Source: Macrostomum lignano (Eukaryota). From it: 64,000 nucleotides of DNA. Each line of letters begins with the position of its first letter. Positions within the stretch are counted from its first letter, which is position 1. Shown piece by piece: positions 10,942-21,900 of this stretch. A program made the position numbers and the translations under genes. The notes under the pieces were generated by a model. The model saw only the letters and a program-made list of their open reading frames with translations. It did not search any database and had not been told where the DNA came from. The stretch spans positions 268,520 to 332,519 of the forward strand of contig NIVC01000112.1 of NCBI GenBank assembly GCA_002269645.1. Direction: 5' to 3'.

Positions 10942-11591
10942 TGTATGTTATAGCTCTTTTCCTTGTTGTTGCTGCCAAATCAATACAAGCACACAGTATA
11001 CTCAAATTAAATTTTTTCATTTAAAATCTAAAAAATCACCAAGTTCTTTATTTTCTAGAATTCTTCCATAGCTGTAGATATGGCTATAGGAAGTTATAGA
11101 CAATGGTTTTTAGAAAACATATATATATTGTTTTTGGAATGCATATTTTATTATATCTAGTTCCTGTATCTAGTAATACTGTCCACTCAATCTCTAAGAC
11201 TTGGAAAACTTTAAGAATCATTAGAGCTCATAATTTGATAGTTTAAAGGGGGGTTAGAACATTGCAACAGATTTTTCATGCCACATGAACATTGTGGGGT
11301 GGTTGGGGTTAAGTAGCTTTGGATATAGATAGACTACAGGGAGAATTGAAATGGCTTTAGAATTGCAAATAGTAAGCATTAAAGTACTAATGCTACAATA
11401 AGGCTGTATTGTTAGAGAAACTGTATGAAAATCTTTGCCTGCAAATAGTTCAAGAGCAGCAGTATTAATTAGGAAATAAAATTATGAACATTAAACTTTT
11501 GTTGCACCATTTCACCACAAGATGCCTAGGCCTTGTCGTCTGTCGCAGTCTATTTTAATCATCTTCTGGCATTGCTTTTTTGCATGCTAAA

Positions 11592-12434
11592 ATGCCTGTA
11601 GCCGCCACTAAGGCCAAGAAGCGAGTGCCGGCGGTGCCCGAGACCGCACTGAAGGGTAAGAAGGCCGCGATCGAGGCCCGGGCCAAGCGGCTCAGACTGA
11701 GCGTCCTGCGCCGTCGTAAGGAGCGCCAGAAGCGCATGGCGGTGTTTAAGAAGGCTGAGAAATACCAGCTGCAGTACGAGAGCATGGCCAAGTCGGAGCT
11801 GCAGAAGGCCAGACAGGCCAAGAAGCACGGCAATTTCTATGTGCCCGCCGAGGCCAAGGTGGCCTTCGTTGTTCGCATCCGCGGCATCAACGGTCTGCAC
11901 CCGAAGCCGCGAAAGATTCTGCAGTTATTTCGGATGCGCCAGATCAACAACGGCGTGTTTGTGAAGCTCAACAAAGCCACCGTAAGCTATCGTTTAGATT
12001 CTTAAAGTGCAGTCTGTCCTACTGTAAGTAGCTGTGTAAATATTATCGAAGAAAAATTCAATTTGCCATGCCAGATCAACATGCTGCGCATCATCGAGCC
12101 CTACATCATGTGGGGCTACCCGGACCTCAAGTCCGTCCGCTCGCTGCTGTACAAGCGCGGCTTCGGTCGGGTTAACGGCCAGCGAGTTCCCCTGACTGAC
12201 AACAAGATCGTCGAGAAGGCGCTCGGCCGCAAGGGTGTGACGTGTATCGAAGACATGATCCACCAGATTTACACCTGCGGCCCCCGATTCAAGGCCGTCA
12301 CCAACTTCCTGTGGGCCTTCAAGCTCAAGACGCCGCGCGGCGGTTTCCGCAAGAAGGCGAACCACTTTGTCGAGGGTGGCGACTTCGGCAACCGGGAGTT
12401 CTACATCAACCGCATGCTGCGGCGCATGGTCTGA
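11592..12434 (+). CDS. RPL7: 60S ribosomal protein L7 (uL30), 249 aa, 2 exons
   Basis: Exons 11592-11981 and 12075-12434, phase-0 GT-AG intron. [51 protein letters not shown]|[16 protein letters not shown] and [13 protein letters not shown] motifs. Confidence 0.93.
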
Positions 12435-13182
12435 TTTGTTTCAAATTAGATGGGACACTTGGTTGATTGGTTGTGGGCTGTTACAAAGTCCACAGATAAC
12501 AAACCGTATGTGGCGAGCGCTCTGTTGGCCTAGTGGAATTAGCTCTGAAATACAACTGGTTCCGCCGAGATGATTAGTGCTGTGCTATTTGTTGGATGAA
12601 AAAATATCTATTTTACAAATGCGTACAATATTATTTCTTTTTGCTATGTTAGATATTCTTAAGCTGCTTTTTGTGCAAGAGCACTTATGCGGACTCTCAT
12701 GCTGTTCAGCAGGTTCTTATTAGATATCATACTGAGAAGCATAGGCATTAGTAAGCTGATTTTACCACAGAGACCGTTGCAAGCTTATCAAAGAGGGGAT
12801 CATCTTCGGATATTGAGGGGTTGTCTTTATCCTTGAGCCAAGGCCTGCCGGACTAATCGTTGTCAATCTGCTTGAGAGACTGGTGCTGTGACACATACTC
12901 TTCTGAGGAACTAAAGAAACAATCCACTTTGTGACAATCAGCACGCTTTGTGGCAGCTTTTAAAATGTGTCAATAACAATGACATTTTGACAGTAGCATT
13001 TCACCAGGTGGATCATGCACAGGGTCAGTGTCATCCTACTGTCACAGAGCACCTTGTACAAATTGTATGTAGGCCACAAACACTTGGTGTTATTTCCGAG
13101 TACCTATAGATATCCAAGAGGTGTCCGGAAAGTTCTGAAACTTTTGATCCCAGAGCAAAAAAAGTAGCAGCTGCAAGGGGGG

Positions 13183-13741
13183 CATCACAAGCTTGAAAAA
13201 TCACATCGTCGAAAAGCATCCACCGTCACAAGCTCGAAAAGTCAAGCTCGAAAAATCACGTCGTCGAAAACTTTAGCAACCACCATCACAAGCTCGAAAA
13301 ATCACATCGTCGAAAAATGATTTAGCAACCACCATCACAAGCTCGAAAAGTCACATCGTCGAAAAATGATTTAGCAACCACCATCACAAGCTCGAAAAGT
13401 CACATTGTCGAAAAATGATTTAGCAACCACCATCACAAGCTCGAAAAATCACATTGTCGAAAAATGATTTAGCAACCACCATCACAAGCTCGAAAAATCA
13501 CATCGTCGAAAAATGATTTAGCAACCACCATCACAAGCTCGAAAAATTACATCGTCGAAAAATGATTTAGCAACCACCATCACAAGCTCGAAAAATCACA
13601 TCGTCGAAAAATGATTTAGCAACCACCATCACAAGCTCGAAAAATCACATCGTCGAAAAATGATTTAGCAACCACCATCACAAGCTCGAAAAGTCACATC
13701 GTCGAAAAATGATTTAGCAACCATCATCACATGCTCGAAAA
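13183..13741. repeat. 49-bp satellite, about 11 copies
   Basis: Unit tcacaagctcgaaaaatcacatcgtcgaaaaatgatttagcaaccacca; period 49 measured between 13286 and 13335. Confidence 0.92.
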
Positions 13742-14012
13742 GGGTTAGGGTTAGTGCTTGTGCCTTAGGGTTTAGGGTTAGGTTAGGGTTTGTGCTTTAG
13801 GGTTAGGGTTCAGGGTTAGGTTAGGGTTAGGGTTTAGGGTTAGGTTAGGGTAATGGTGCCTTAGGGTTAGGGTTAGTGCTTGTGCCTTAGGGTTTAGGGT
13901 TAGGTTAGGGTTTGTGCTTTAGGGTTAGGGTTTAGGGTTAGGTTAGGGTAATGGTGCCTTGGGGTTAGGGTTAGGGTTAGGGTTAGGGTTAGTGCCTTGG
14001 GGTTAGGGTTAG
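13741..14012 (+). repeat. Degenerate interstitial (TTAGGG)n-like tract
   Basis: ttagggttagggttag runs interspersed with gtgcttgtgcc variants. Confidence 0.85.
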
Positions 14013-14027
14013 AGCTTGCGCCTTTTA

Positions 14028-14149
14028 TGGTCATTTCATTGAAAAGTTGTGTGAAAAAGCATCGCAATACCACTGATATTCTTCGTTTACTGTAACACTA
14101 TAAGTAGCATTGAAATGGGTTTTCACACAAATTTTGAATGAAATGACCA
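14028..14149. repeat. 30-bp inverted repeat / hairpin
   Basis: tggtcatttcattgaaaagttgtgtgaaaa pairs with ttttcacacaaattttgaatgaaatgacca (2 mismatches). Confidence 0.75.
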
Positions 14150-15711
14150 AAATACACGCCACTGAATTCATAGGAAAGAAGAGATGTGCCGCTTTAAAAT
14201 GACACCAAAGTTGTGCTTGCAGCTGCTACTGTTTGCTCTGGAAATAGGTGTCAGAACTTGCCGGACGTAGATATTTATGCTTCTGGAATGCGCACTTGCG
14301 CAAATCGGTGTCCGTTTATTATGCAGTCCATTCTAGCATCGCCGCTTGCTCCCAAAAGTCCCAAGTGTCTGCCGTCTCCATCTACACTGTCCATCGGTCC
14401 ATCGCGAGCTCTTTTGCTCTACAAGGATTAGAAAATGGATTTAATGGCGATGGTGTTCTGAAAGATACAGTGAAACTAATGCTACAATGCATCCTGGGTT
14501 AGGATTAGGAATTAAATTATCTTTGTTCAAAGCAGCTCCTAGTCAGCTGATTTAATCACATGAAATTGATTAGGGTTGAGATTTTCCTTTAAATTAGTTT
14601 TTTTATCTCAAGGAGATTAAATCCTTCTAGCTCCATTGTGAAGAGTAAACCTCACTAGGAATTAAGCCATTCTACGAGTATGAAAGTTGTCGCATCAATA
14701 GCATCTCTCTTAGCAAACTACGGCGCTGTTCAAAGCATATTCGTGCCTGTCTACGGTTACCGATAGCAAATCTACGAGTAGGTATTGAAAAACCCGCATC
14801 ATTCCGGCTGTAATTTATTCATTCTATGTCGGTTTTTTTACCTGAAGAACTTGGAACTGGCCAGGTCGACTGAACGCCCAATTCGAGGTTGCTTTTTCTC
14901 CAGTGGCGTGTCTTGCCCAGGCCAATCCCGAGGAACTTAAAGTCTAACTCCGTGCGCGAACGAATCATAGTTTTAGGGTCCGTCTCCATCTTATTTTCTA
15001 TAGCTTGGACACTATGCTTATAATCCCAGCCCGAGAAAGCTGGTCATATATGGAGCAGGTGTGGCCAAGTATACTCGTGCAGTGAATTTTTCATTAAAGT
15101 ACTTTTAAACCACCTTTCCAGACGGCTAGCATCGTCTTTTGAATAGTAAAACCCATCCGTAAAATCTAGAACGTCGACCATACATTTTTTGAAATGATGA
15201 CTCACTGTGGTTTCTAACTTATAAATACGCTCGTAGTATACTTTTCACTAATTATTCAAGATTCTTTGACTTGCTATAATAATAATAAAGTATTGAATGC
15301 ATAGAGTGCAAGGATCTAAAAGGAGTTGTGCTTGAAAAATAATTTCTATTATTCCAACCATTGGAACTCTTAAGAGTCTGTATACTACGAGTATTACAAA
15401 AGAATATTTTAAATTCAAAATCCACAAAGGATCTAAGTGGAGTAAGCTGCGAAACACGAAGCTAGGCAATCGATGATAACACAGTTGTAAGCTATCGCAG
15501 CATGGGAGAGCTAACAACAGCAATAAAATTCGTTGCATTAAGCTGGACATTGGTCACTTAAAATTTCATACAGACCATCTGCAGTTTTTTATCCGCTAAA
15601 AATGACATCTGATATCAATGCCAAAACGGTCCCAGGGAGAAATAAAGCAAATGACGACATTAAATCGTTACGCAATTAGTCTTTTTTTCATCACTGACGT
15701 CAGTCAGCTGC

Positions 15712-16881
15712 TCAGAGCCGAGACTGCAGGTTACCCGGATTGTTCATTCTCAGGTCCGGATCTGTAGGTCCCGACCGGCCAGGTCTGCTTCCGCGATGTC
15801 CTCCAGCCTGCAGTCGGAACAGAGCTGCAAATCTCCGTCGGTAATTCGGGCTCTTCCACAGCAGAAGCAGCCAGTTGCCGCTCTGGTTGAACATGATGAG
15901 CGCCTCGCTCAGCTTTGATATGTTGACCAGAGCGCGAAGGAGCTGGACATCCGCATCGCTTCTGTATTCGCGTATGATTTGAGCGGTCAAAATAGTGAGC
16001 ACACTGGGCAGAGAGCACACAGTGAGCAGGACTGACATGGCGACGCACACGATCGTGTTGGTCATCTTGTCTCTCTCGTCAGCAGCTGTCGTGAGCGACG
16101 CCGACAGTTGACGGCGTTGGCGCAAGATGACGACCAGCTTGCAGGCGAGGTAGCAGTTTGTGAGCAGCACACAGAATACCGGAAGAGTCGGTGGGATCAG
16201 GAACAGCGCAAGGTACACCGCGAGCATGGTTAAGACAAAGTCGTTTTCGCTGGAATAGATCTTGCAGATAATCGTTTTGGGTCCGAAAGGCCCAAGTTGC
16301 AGCTCGTCCCAACCAACAACAGCCAGGCAGACGGAGCTCAAGGCAAAGGAAGCCGCTACAGCGACGCCGCAAACTCGCCAGGCCGTGCGATGCGAGACCG
16401 TCTGGAAGCGGAACGGCATGGCCAGGCACAGAGCTCGGTCCAGCACCATCGCCAGGAAGATGCACATCGACTGCAGGCCAAGCCACTTCTCACAAAACCG
16501 CAACATTGTGCACGCTCTAGAGGAGACGTTGTACACGATGAAGCCAAACCGACCGCCGCTGAGCCAAGGCAGGCCCCGGCCGAGAAACAGGTCCAGACAG
16601 CCAGATATCAGCAGGTAGGCGCTGTCGGCGATCGCCATGGCGCCCAGGTAGACGTTGAGTCTGGTGCGCTCGGCTCCGCGACCCAGCGTGACCCACACGG
16701 TGGCGCAGTTACCGAACAGACCGGACACCGTCACCAGAGGCAGCAGGAGGCCCGTCACAACTCCGTAGGCTGTGCTGATCGGACAGAAGATGTGTCGGTT
16801 GGGCGCATCGGGGAGGCAGTCGACGATGGCGCTGCGGAGGCTGGCGTAGAAGCTCGTTTCTGGGGCGGTGGAGTTGGCCAT
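15712..16881 (-). CDS. Intronless rhodopsin-class (peptide-receptor-like) GPCR, paralog 2, 389 aa
   Basis: Seven hydrophobic segments; GN (TM1), LGAMAIAD (TM2), MVLDRA (DRY variant), PFRF in ICL2, Cys in ECL1/TM3 and ECL2, CSLP in TM6, NQSGN in TM7. Confidence 0.9.
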   Translation of the reverse strand: MANSTAPETSFYASLRSAIVDCLPDAPNRHIFCPISTAYGVVTGLLLPLVTVSGLFGNCATVWVTLGRGAERTRLNVYLGAMAIADSAYLLISGCLDLFLGRGLPWLSGGRFGFIVYNVSSRACTMLRFCEKWLGLQSMCIFLAMVLDRALCLAMPFRFQTVSHRTAWRVCGVAVAASFALSSVCLAVVGWDELQLGPFGPKTIICKIYSSENDFVLTMLAVYLALFLIPPTLPVFCVLLTNCYLACKLVVILRQRRQLSASLTTAADERDKMTNTIVCVAMSVLLTVCSLPSVLTILTAQIIREYRSDADVQLLRALVNISKLSEALIMFNQSGNWLLLLWKSPNYRRRFAALFRLQAGGHRGSRPGRSGPTDPDLRMNNPGNLQSRL

Positions 16882-17331
16882 GTCTTGCTGGCTTCCAGCT
16901 CCGATTGCAGACGCAATTGATGTCCGCAGTATTTTATACCTTTCTTTAATCTTCTTTTACGAGCGTAAGTCGATTAGTTTTTTGTGAGTTTGTAAATCGC
17001 TTTGATGAAAGGATTAAATTAAATCCGAATTGCGAATATTGGGTTGTAATCACGTTGTTTCATAAGGCTTGATGGATTTTTTAATTTAAGCTTTTTAAAA
17101 AAGTTATTAATTTTTTTTTCATCTTCTGTTTGGTCTTCTGAGATTGGCCTAAAAGCCAGTAACTGTTGCTAAAAAGTCAATTGCACCTGTCCGGCAGAAC
17201 AATAATGAAAACAAGGGGACGGCTTTTAATTATCAATTGTTAATTTCTTTTCCAAATTCACAAAGAACTTTATTTCAAGAGAATTAATATTTGAATCACA
17301 CAGAAGTCAGAGATTACGCTCGTGATTTATT

Positions 17332-17468
17332 ATGAGTTGAGTTGACTTGAGTTGAGTTGAGTTGACTTGAGTTGAGTTGAGTTGAGTTGAGTTGAGTTGA
17401 GTTGAGTGAGTAGTTGAGTTGAGTTGAGTTGAGTTGAGTTGAGCTGAGCTGAGTTGAGAGATGAGTTG
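17332..17468. repeat. (GAGTT)n microsatellite
   Basis: Read directly. Confidence 0.95.
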
Positions 17469-17818
17469 ACTAATTGATTTTATGTTCAAGTCTTAAAACA
17501 GTTGTATCTATATTAATACTGTAGGTTTTTATTAGTTATGAGTGAATGATTTTGGTGTTAAGAGTTAAGAGTTGGCGTTACGTCAGTGCGTAACTAGCTG
17601 TCCCTACACTTTTCTACAAGTATAACAGAACTTCTAGGAAAAGAGGACCATCATTTCTGTTCAATCTACGAGTTGCCATGAGTTGCACCTCTCTTCAATT
17701 ACCAGCAAGTAGTATATTTGATTAGTCGGATTTTTCAAGCATTTTAGCAGGTGCAGTTGCTCTTTAAAGAAAGTTCAATGCTTCTCAGTCGAAGCAAGTC
17801 TATCCGTTAAATTTCATT

Positions 17819-17832
17819 GTTGCTATGGAAAC
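17819..17832 (+). promoter_or_regulatory. RFX X-box upstream of TRPN1
   Basis: GTTGCTATGGAAAC matches the palindromic RFX consensus, about 1.1 kb upstream of the channel ATG. Confidence 0.6.
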
Positions 17833-18603
17833 CAACGATCGGGCAGGGTTTAGGAAGCACGCAGTTTTTCAAATATATAAGAATCAAAAGAAATTATTTT
17901 CATCATTTCAATTAATTTTCTCTGACTTGCATTGGCCATTGTTAAAATGACTTATCACAGAAATGACTCTGAATATTGACTGCTTTCTTTTGTGCCAGAA
18001 CTGGACCGTTGCGTACTGGACTTTCGGCAGCTGCATTTGAACCAATTCTATGCTTGACTACAAATTGCATCTAAACTTTTTGATAGTCTTTGTTTACACG
18101 ATAAAATTTGGAATTATTCAGGTTAGAAGTAACACCTTTTGTACTGTACTGGAGTATTATAACTATATAGAACGGTTGCGACGTACTCACTATAGGAGCT
18201 GAAAAACACGAGCACCTACAACCAGCGCGCACTCGCTCAAATTCCCACCCCTTCAGAAGTGGATCAGAGTGAATGGAGTGACAATCAGATTTCATTCAAT
18301 AAAAAAAGTTCTTCAGCCATGACTCTCCGCATACGAAGAGGAGAAAGTCGCCTACTGCAGGGGCATCTGTCGCAGGCTGAGAGAGAGGGGGGTTGTGGTT
18401 CTTGATTGAGAGGATTGGGGGAGAATTGTGCAAATTTGTGCCCCGTCCGTAGCCATAAGCAACGACCTCGCCGTCTACTCAGCCCCAGCTGCATCCAACC
18501 CCCGTCTCCCGAATGCACCAACTCACTCCAGCTTCAGTCCTTTTGTGTGCTGCTAGCATTTCTAAACTCAACTCCCCACAGAGTTTCCTGAGCACCATCG
18601 GAT

Positions 18604-18606
<3 letters not shown>

Positions 18607-18666
<60 letters not shown>
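18607..18666. repeat. (CT)n microsatellite
   Basis: About 30 perfect TC units upstream of the TRPN1 ATG. Confidence 0.95.
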
Positions 18667-18669
<3 letters not shown>

Positions 18670-18954
18670 CCTTCCAGCCAGCTCCGCTCTCCCCTTTGTC
18701 GTCCTCCCTTTCTGACCGAGGCTTTATTGGCTGCTGCTCCAGGCCTGATTGGCAACGCAGGTGCGCACTACTCATAACTTATTGAGGCAGAGTTTCTAAA
18801 GCGACCGGCCGATCGGCATCAGGGTTGCACAATTTTCACGCAGCTTCTATTGCACTTCTGCACCGCCTCTGCACAGTGGGCTCTGGACAAGTGAGCTGAG
18901 CAGCAACAGAAGTCTTCCCAGCCTCGGGAAGCGAGCTCATCGAATTCTTGCAGG

Positions 18955-21900
18955 ATGGAGCGGCAGGACTTCAAGTATCAGAAGCTTAAAGACAGTCGGG
19001 CGGCCAGCGCTTCTAAGAGACCGCCAGCGGCTGCTGAACCTGCGTCAACATCGGCGCCCGGTGCCTCCAAGACGGCGGACTCGGCCAGCAAACAGTCGGC
19101 CGCCTCCAGCGACACCGCCAGCTCGGGAAGTCAGACGAACCTTCTGCAACAGCATCCAGCAGCAGCGAAGACGGAGCAGCCGACAGCTGCCATTGTTGTC
19201 GAGGAGCCACCACCCAAGGAGCCGCCGCCGCAGCCGCCACCGCCGCCGCCGCCGCCGCCGATACCCGTAGTCCGCATCGAGGAGACGGGTTCCTTGAAGT
19301 CCACGACTGGCTCGTTGACCAGCCTGCGAAATCCGGCGGTCGCCGCCACGTCTTCAACCGCGGTGCCCGATGTCGAATCGACGCCGACGTTGGACCGGTC
19401 CGAGGCTGAAGTCGCCAAGCCCACTGCAGCAGCCGCCTCCGCAGCCACTGCCGAGGTGGTGTCGAAATCCGGTGGCAGCAGCTCGGGAGCCAGTCGAATC
19501 CTGCTCTTTGCCAAGCGAGGCGAATGGGCGAACATAGAGAGCCTGCTGAGGAAGGGCGATTTCCAGCCTGGCGACGTGTCCGAGGCAGATGAGGTAATTT
19601 TCAAAATGGCAACTGATTGCACCTTCATTTTTTTCTGCTCATCTGCGAACATTGGCGCCCTCCAACCTCAGCTGGGCTCTGTTAATAGAAACTGAAATCT
19701 ACATGGTGGTGGCTACTTGATACACCAGGCTCTTTTTTATTACCAATTATGCAAATACGAGCATTAACTAATTGAATCGCCATAATTTTCCAACCCAGGT
19801 GTCAGGTGAGACGCCACTGATGATGGCCTGCAAGGACAACAAGCTGGTGATTGTCGATCGGCTGTTGGAGAACGGAGCCAGCGTCTCAGACAAGAGCTCT
19901 GTGAGTCTACCGTTGGAATATAAAATATTACTAATTGCTATTGCTTGAATGGAAACTTAGCGAGGCCGTATCTTTGCGGCAGAGGAGGCCGAATGACCCG
20001 CGGCCCTCAATGAATGTCGCTGCCTGCTCAGATCTGCTGCTGATCGATGAGTTTCCTGAGTTTCCGCGCGTCATTCTTCTCATGGACCTCAGACTGGCGA
20101 CATGCTTATCAGCTACCCGGAGAATGAGATGAGGGAACACAATCTGAGAGAGAAAGAGAGCAAAAAATCTTGATCGTAAGGCGCATAGCCAGGGGGTGGG
20201 GGAATTTCGTGTAACTATGAGTCCTAGCAACTATTATTCACCTAGTTGCCCCTCCCGTGAGTAGACAGTCCCCGAGGCAGCGCTGCGGAATCACTTCCTG
20301 CTGTTGGCTCCGCAAAGAAGTGCCACAGCCAAGTCCAGCTCCATAAAGCACCCAGCAGTTTTCCATTTATTCTTCATCGTCTTCTGAGACTGGCAGTGGC
20401 AGTTGGGAATCTCCCATGGCAACCGGCCTTTCTCCCTCGGCCTCTTTTTTTCTCTCTTCATGTTGCAGCTCTGCCAACGCGTTGTAAATATTCCTCCGCG
20501 TTTAATAGGGCACACTTTACGAGGCCAAGTACTATACAGGTAATCTCATTATTCTGCATCTTAACAAAGCTGCATTTCAATGGGAAATTCTTATGTGCCT
20601 GGAGCCTTTTACACAATGACTGGACAGAAAAATGTTGTCTACGCATTTAATCCCCGCGGTCTCTGTTGACCCGTCCAGGACGGTCGGACTCCGCTGCACT
20701 TTGCCAGCCAGTTCGCCAAGGATGACGTCATCAAATTGCTGCTCAGCCGAAAGGCCGATCCGAGCCAGCCTGGCGGGGTGAGTCAGCGATGATTTATGAG
20801 CAATTAATTAGCTTACGCTCGGATCAACTGACTTATAGAGGCCAGGTCCTTTTCTAACATTTGTCCACTCAACAAACATTGAAGGTGAAGAACCAGACGC
20901 CGTTGCACTACGCCTGCCAGAGAACCCAGGCTGCACTGCCGGCCGTGCAGCTGCTGCTCAAGGCCACACGGAATGGCCGCCTGCTGCCCGACAAAGTAAA
21001 TTTGCGGACAGGGGTGACGGGGAGTGACGGGGCATGGAGTGACAGGGGATGGAGTGACGGGGGGATGGAGTGACGGGGGATGGAGTGACGGGGGATGGAG
21101 TGACGGGGGATGGAGTGACGGGGGATGGAGTGACGGGGGATGGAGTGACGGGGGATGGAGTGACGGGGGGATGGAGTGACGGGGGTGGAGTGACGGGTGA
21201 ATGGAGTGACGTGTGAATGGAGTGACGGAGGGATGGAGTGACGGGGGTGGAGTGACGAGGGATGGAGTGGGAAGGAGTGACACATGAGAATCAATTCTGC
21301 ACCCCGGAACCAAATCCAGGTGGACAACATTCCGCTATTCTACGCAGTCGAACAGGGCAACGCCGTGGTGGTGAAGGAGCTTCTTGACAGGGACACGGAG
21401 GCGCAGGTGAAATGGAAGAAGAGCTTCAACGGTGAGACGGCGCTTCACATTGCCGCCTCCAGGAAAGATATGGAAGCCATCAAGATCTTGTGCGACGCCG
21501 GGGCGGAGGTCAACGTGCAAAATGTGAGTCCTGCTGTACCTTCACTCCCTTCACTCCCTTCACTCCCTTCACTCCCTTCACTCCCTTCACTCCCTTCACT
21601 CCCTTCACTCCCTTCACTCCCTTCACTCCCTTCACTCCCTTCACTCCCTTCACTCCCTTCACTCTCTTCACTCCCTTCACTCTCTTCACTCCCTTCACTC
21701 CCTTCACTCCCTTCAATCCCTTCACTCCCTTCATTCCCTTCACTCCCTTCAATCCCTTCACTCCCTTCATTCCCTTCACTCCCTTCACTCCCTTCACTCC
21801 CTTCACTCTCTTCACTCACTTTACCTCCTTTCACTCTCTTCACTCCCTTCACTGCCTTCACTCCCTTCACTCCCTTCACTTCTTTCACTCCCTTCACTCT

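Noticed and set aside
13741-14012. True telomere or chromosome end
   Set aside because: The tract is short and degenerate, and intact genes flank it on both sides.
14845-14885. CTGAAGA...hairpin resembling a Penelope hammerhead ribozyme
   Set aside because: The GAAA catalytic strand is missing (reads TCGAC) and the stems are poor.
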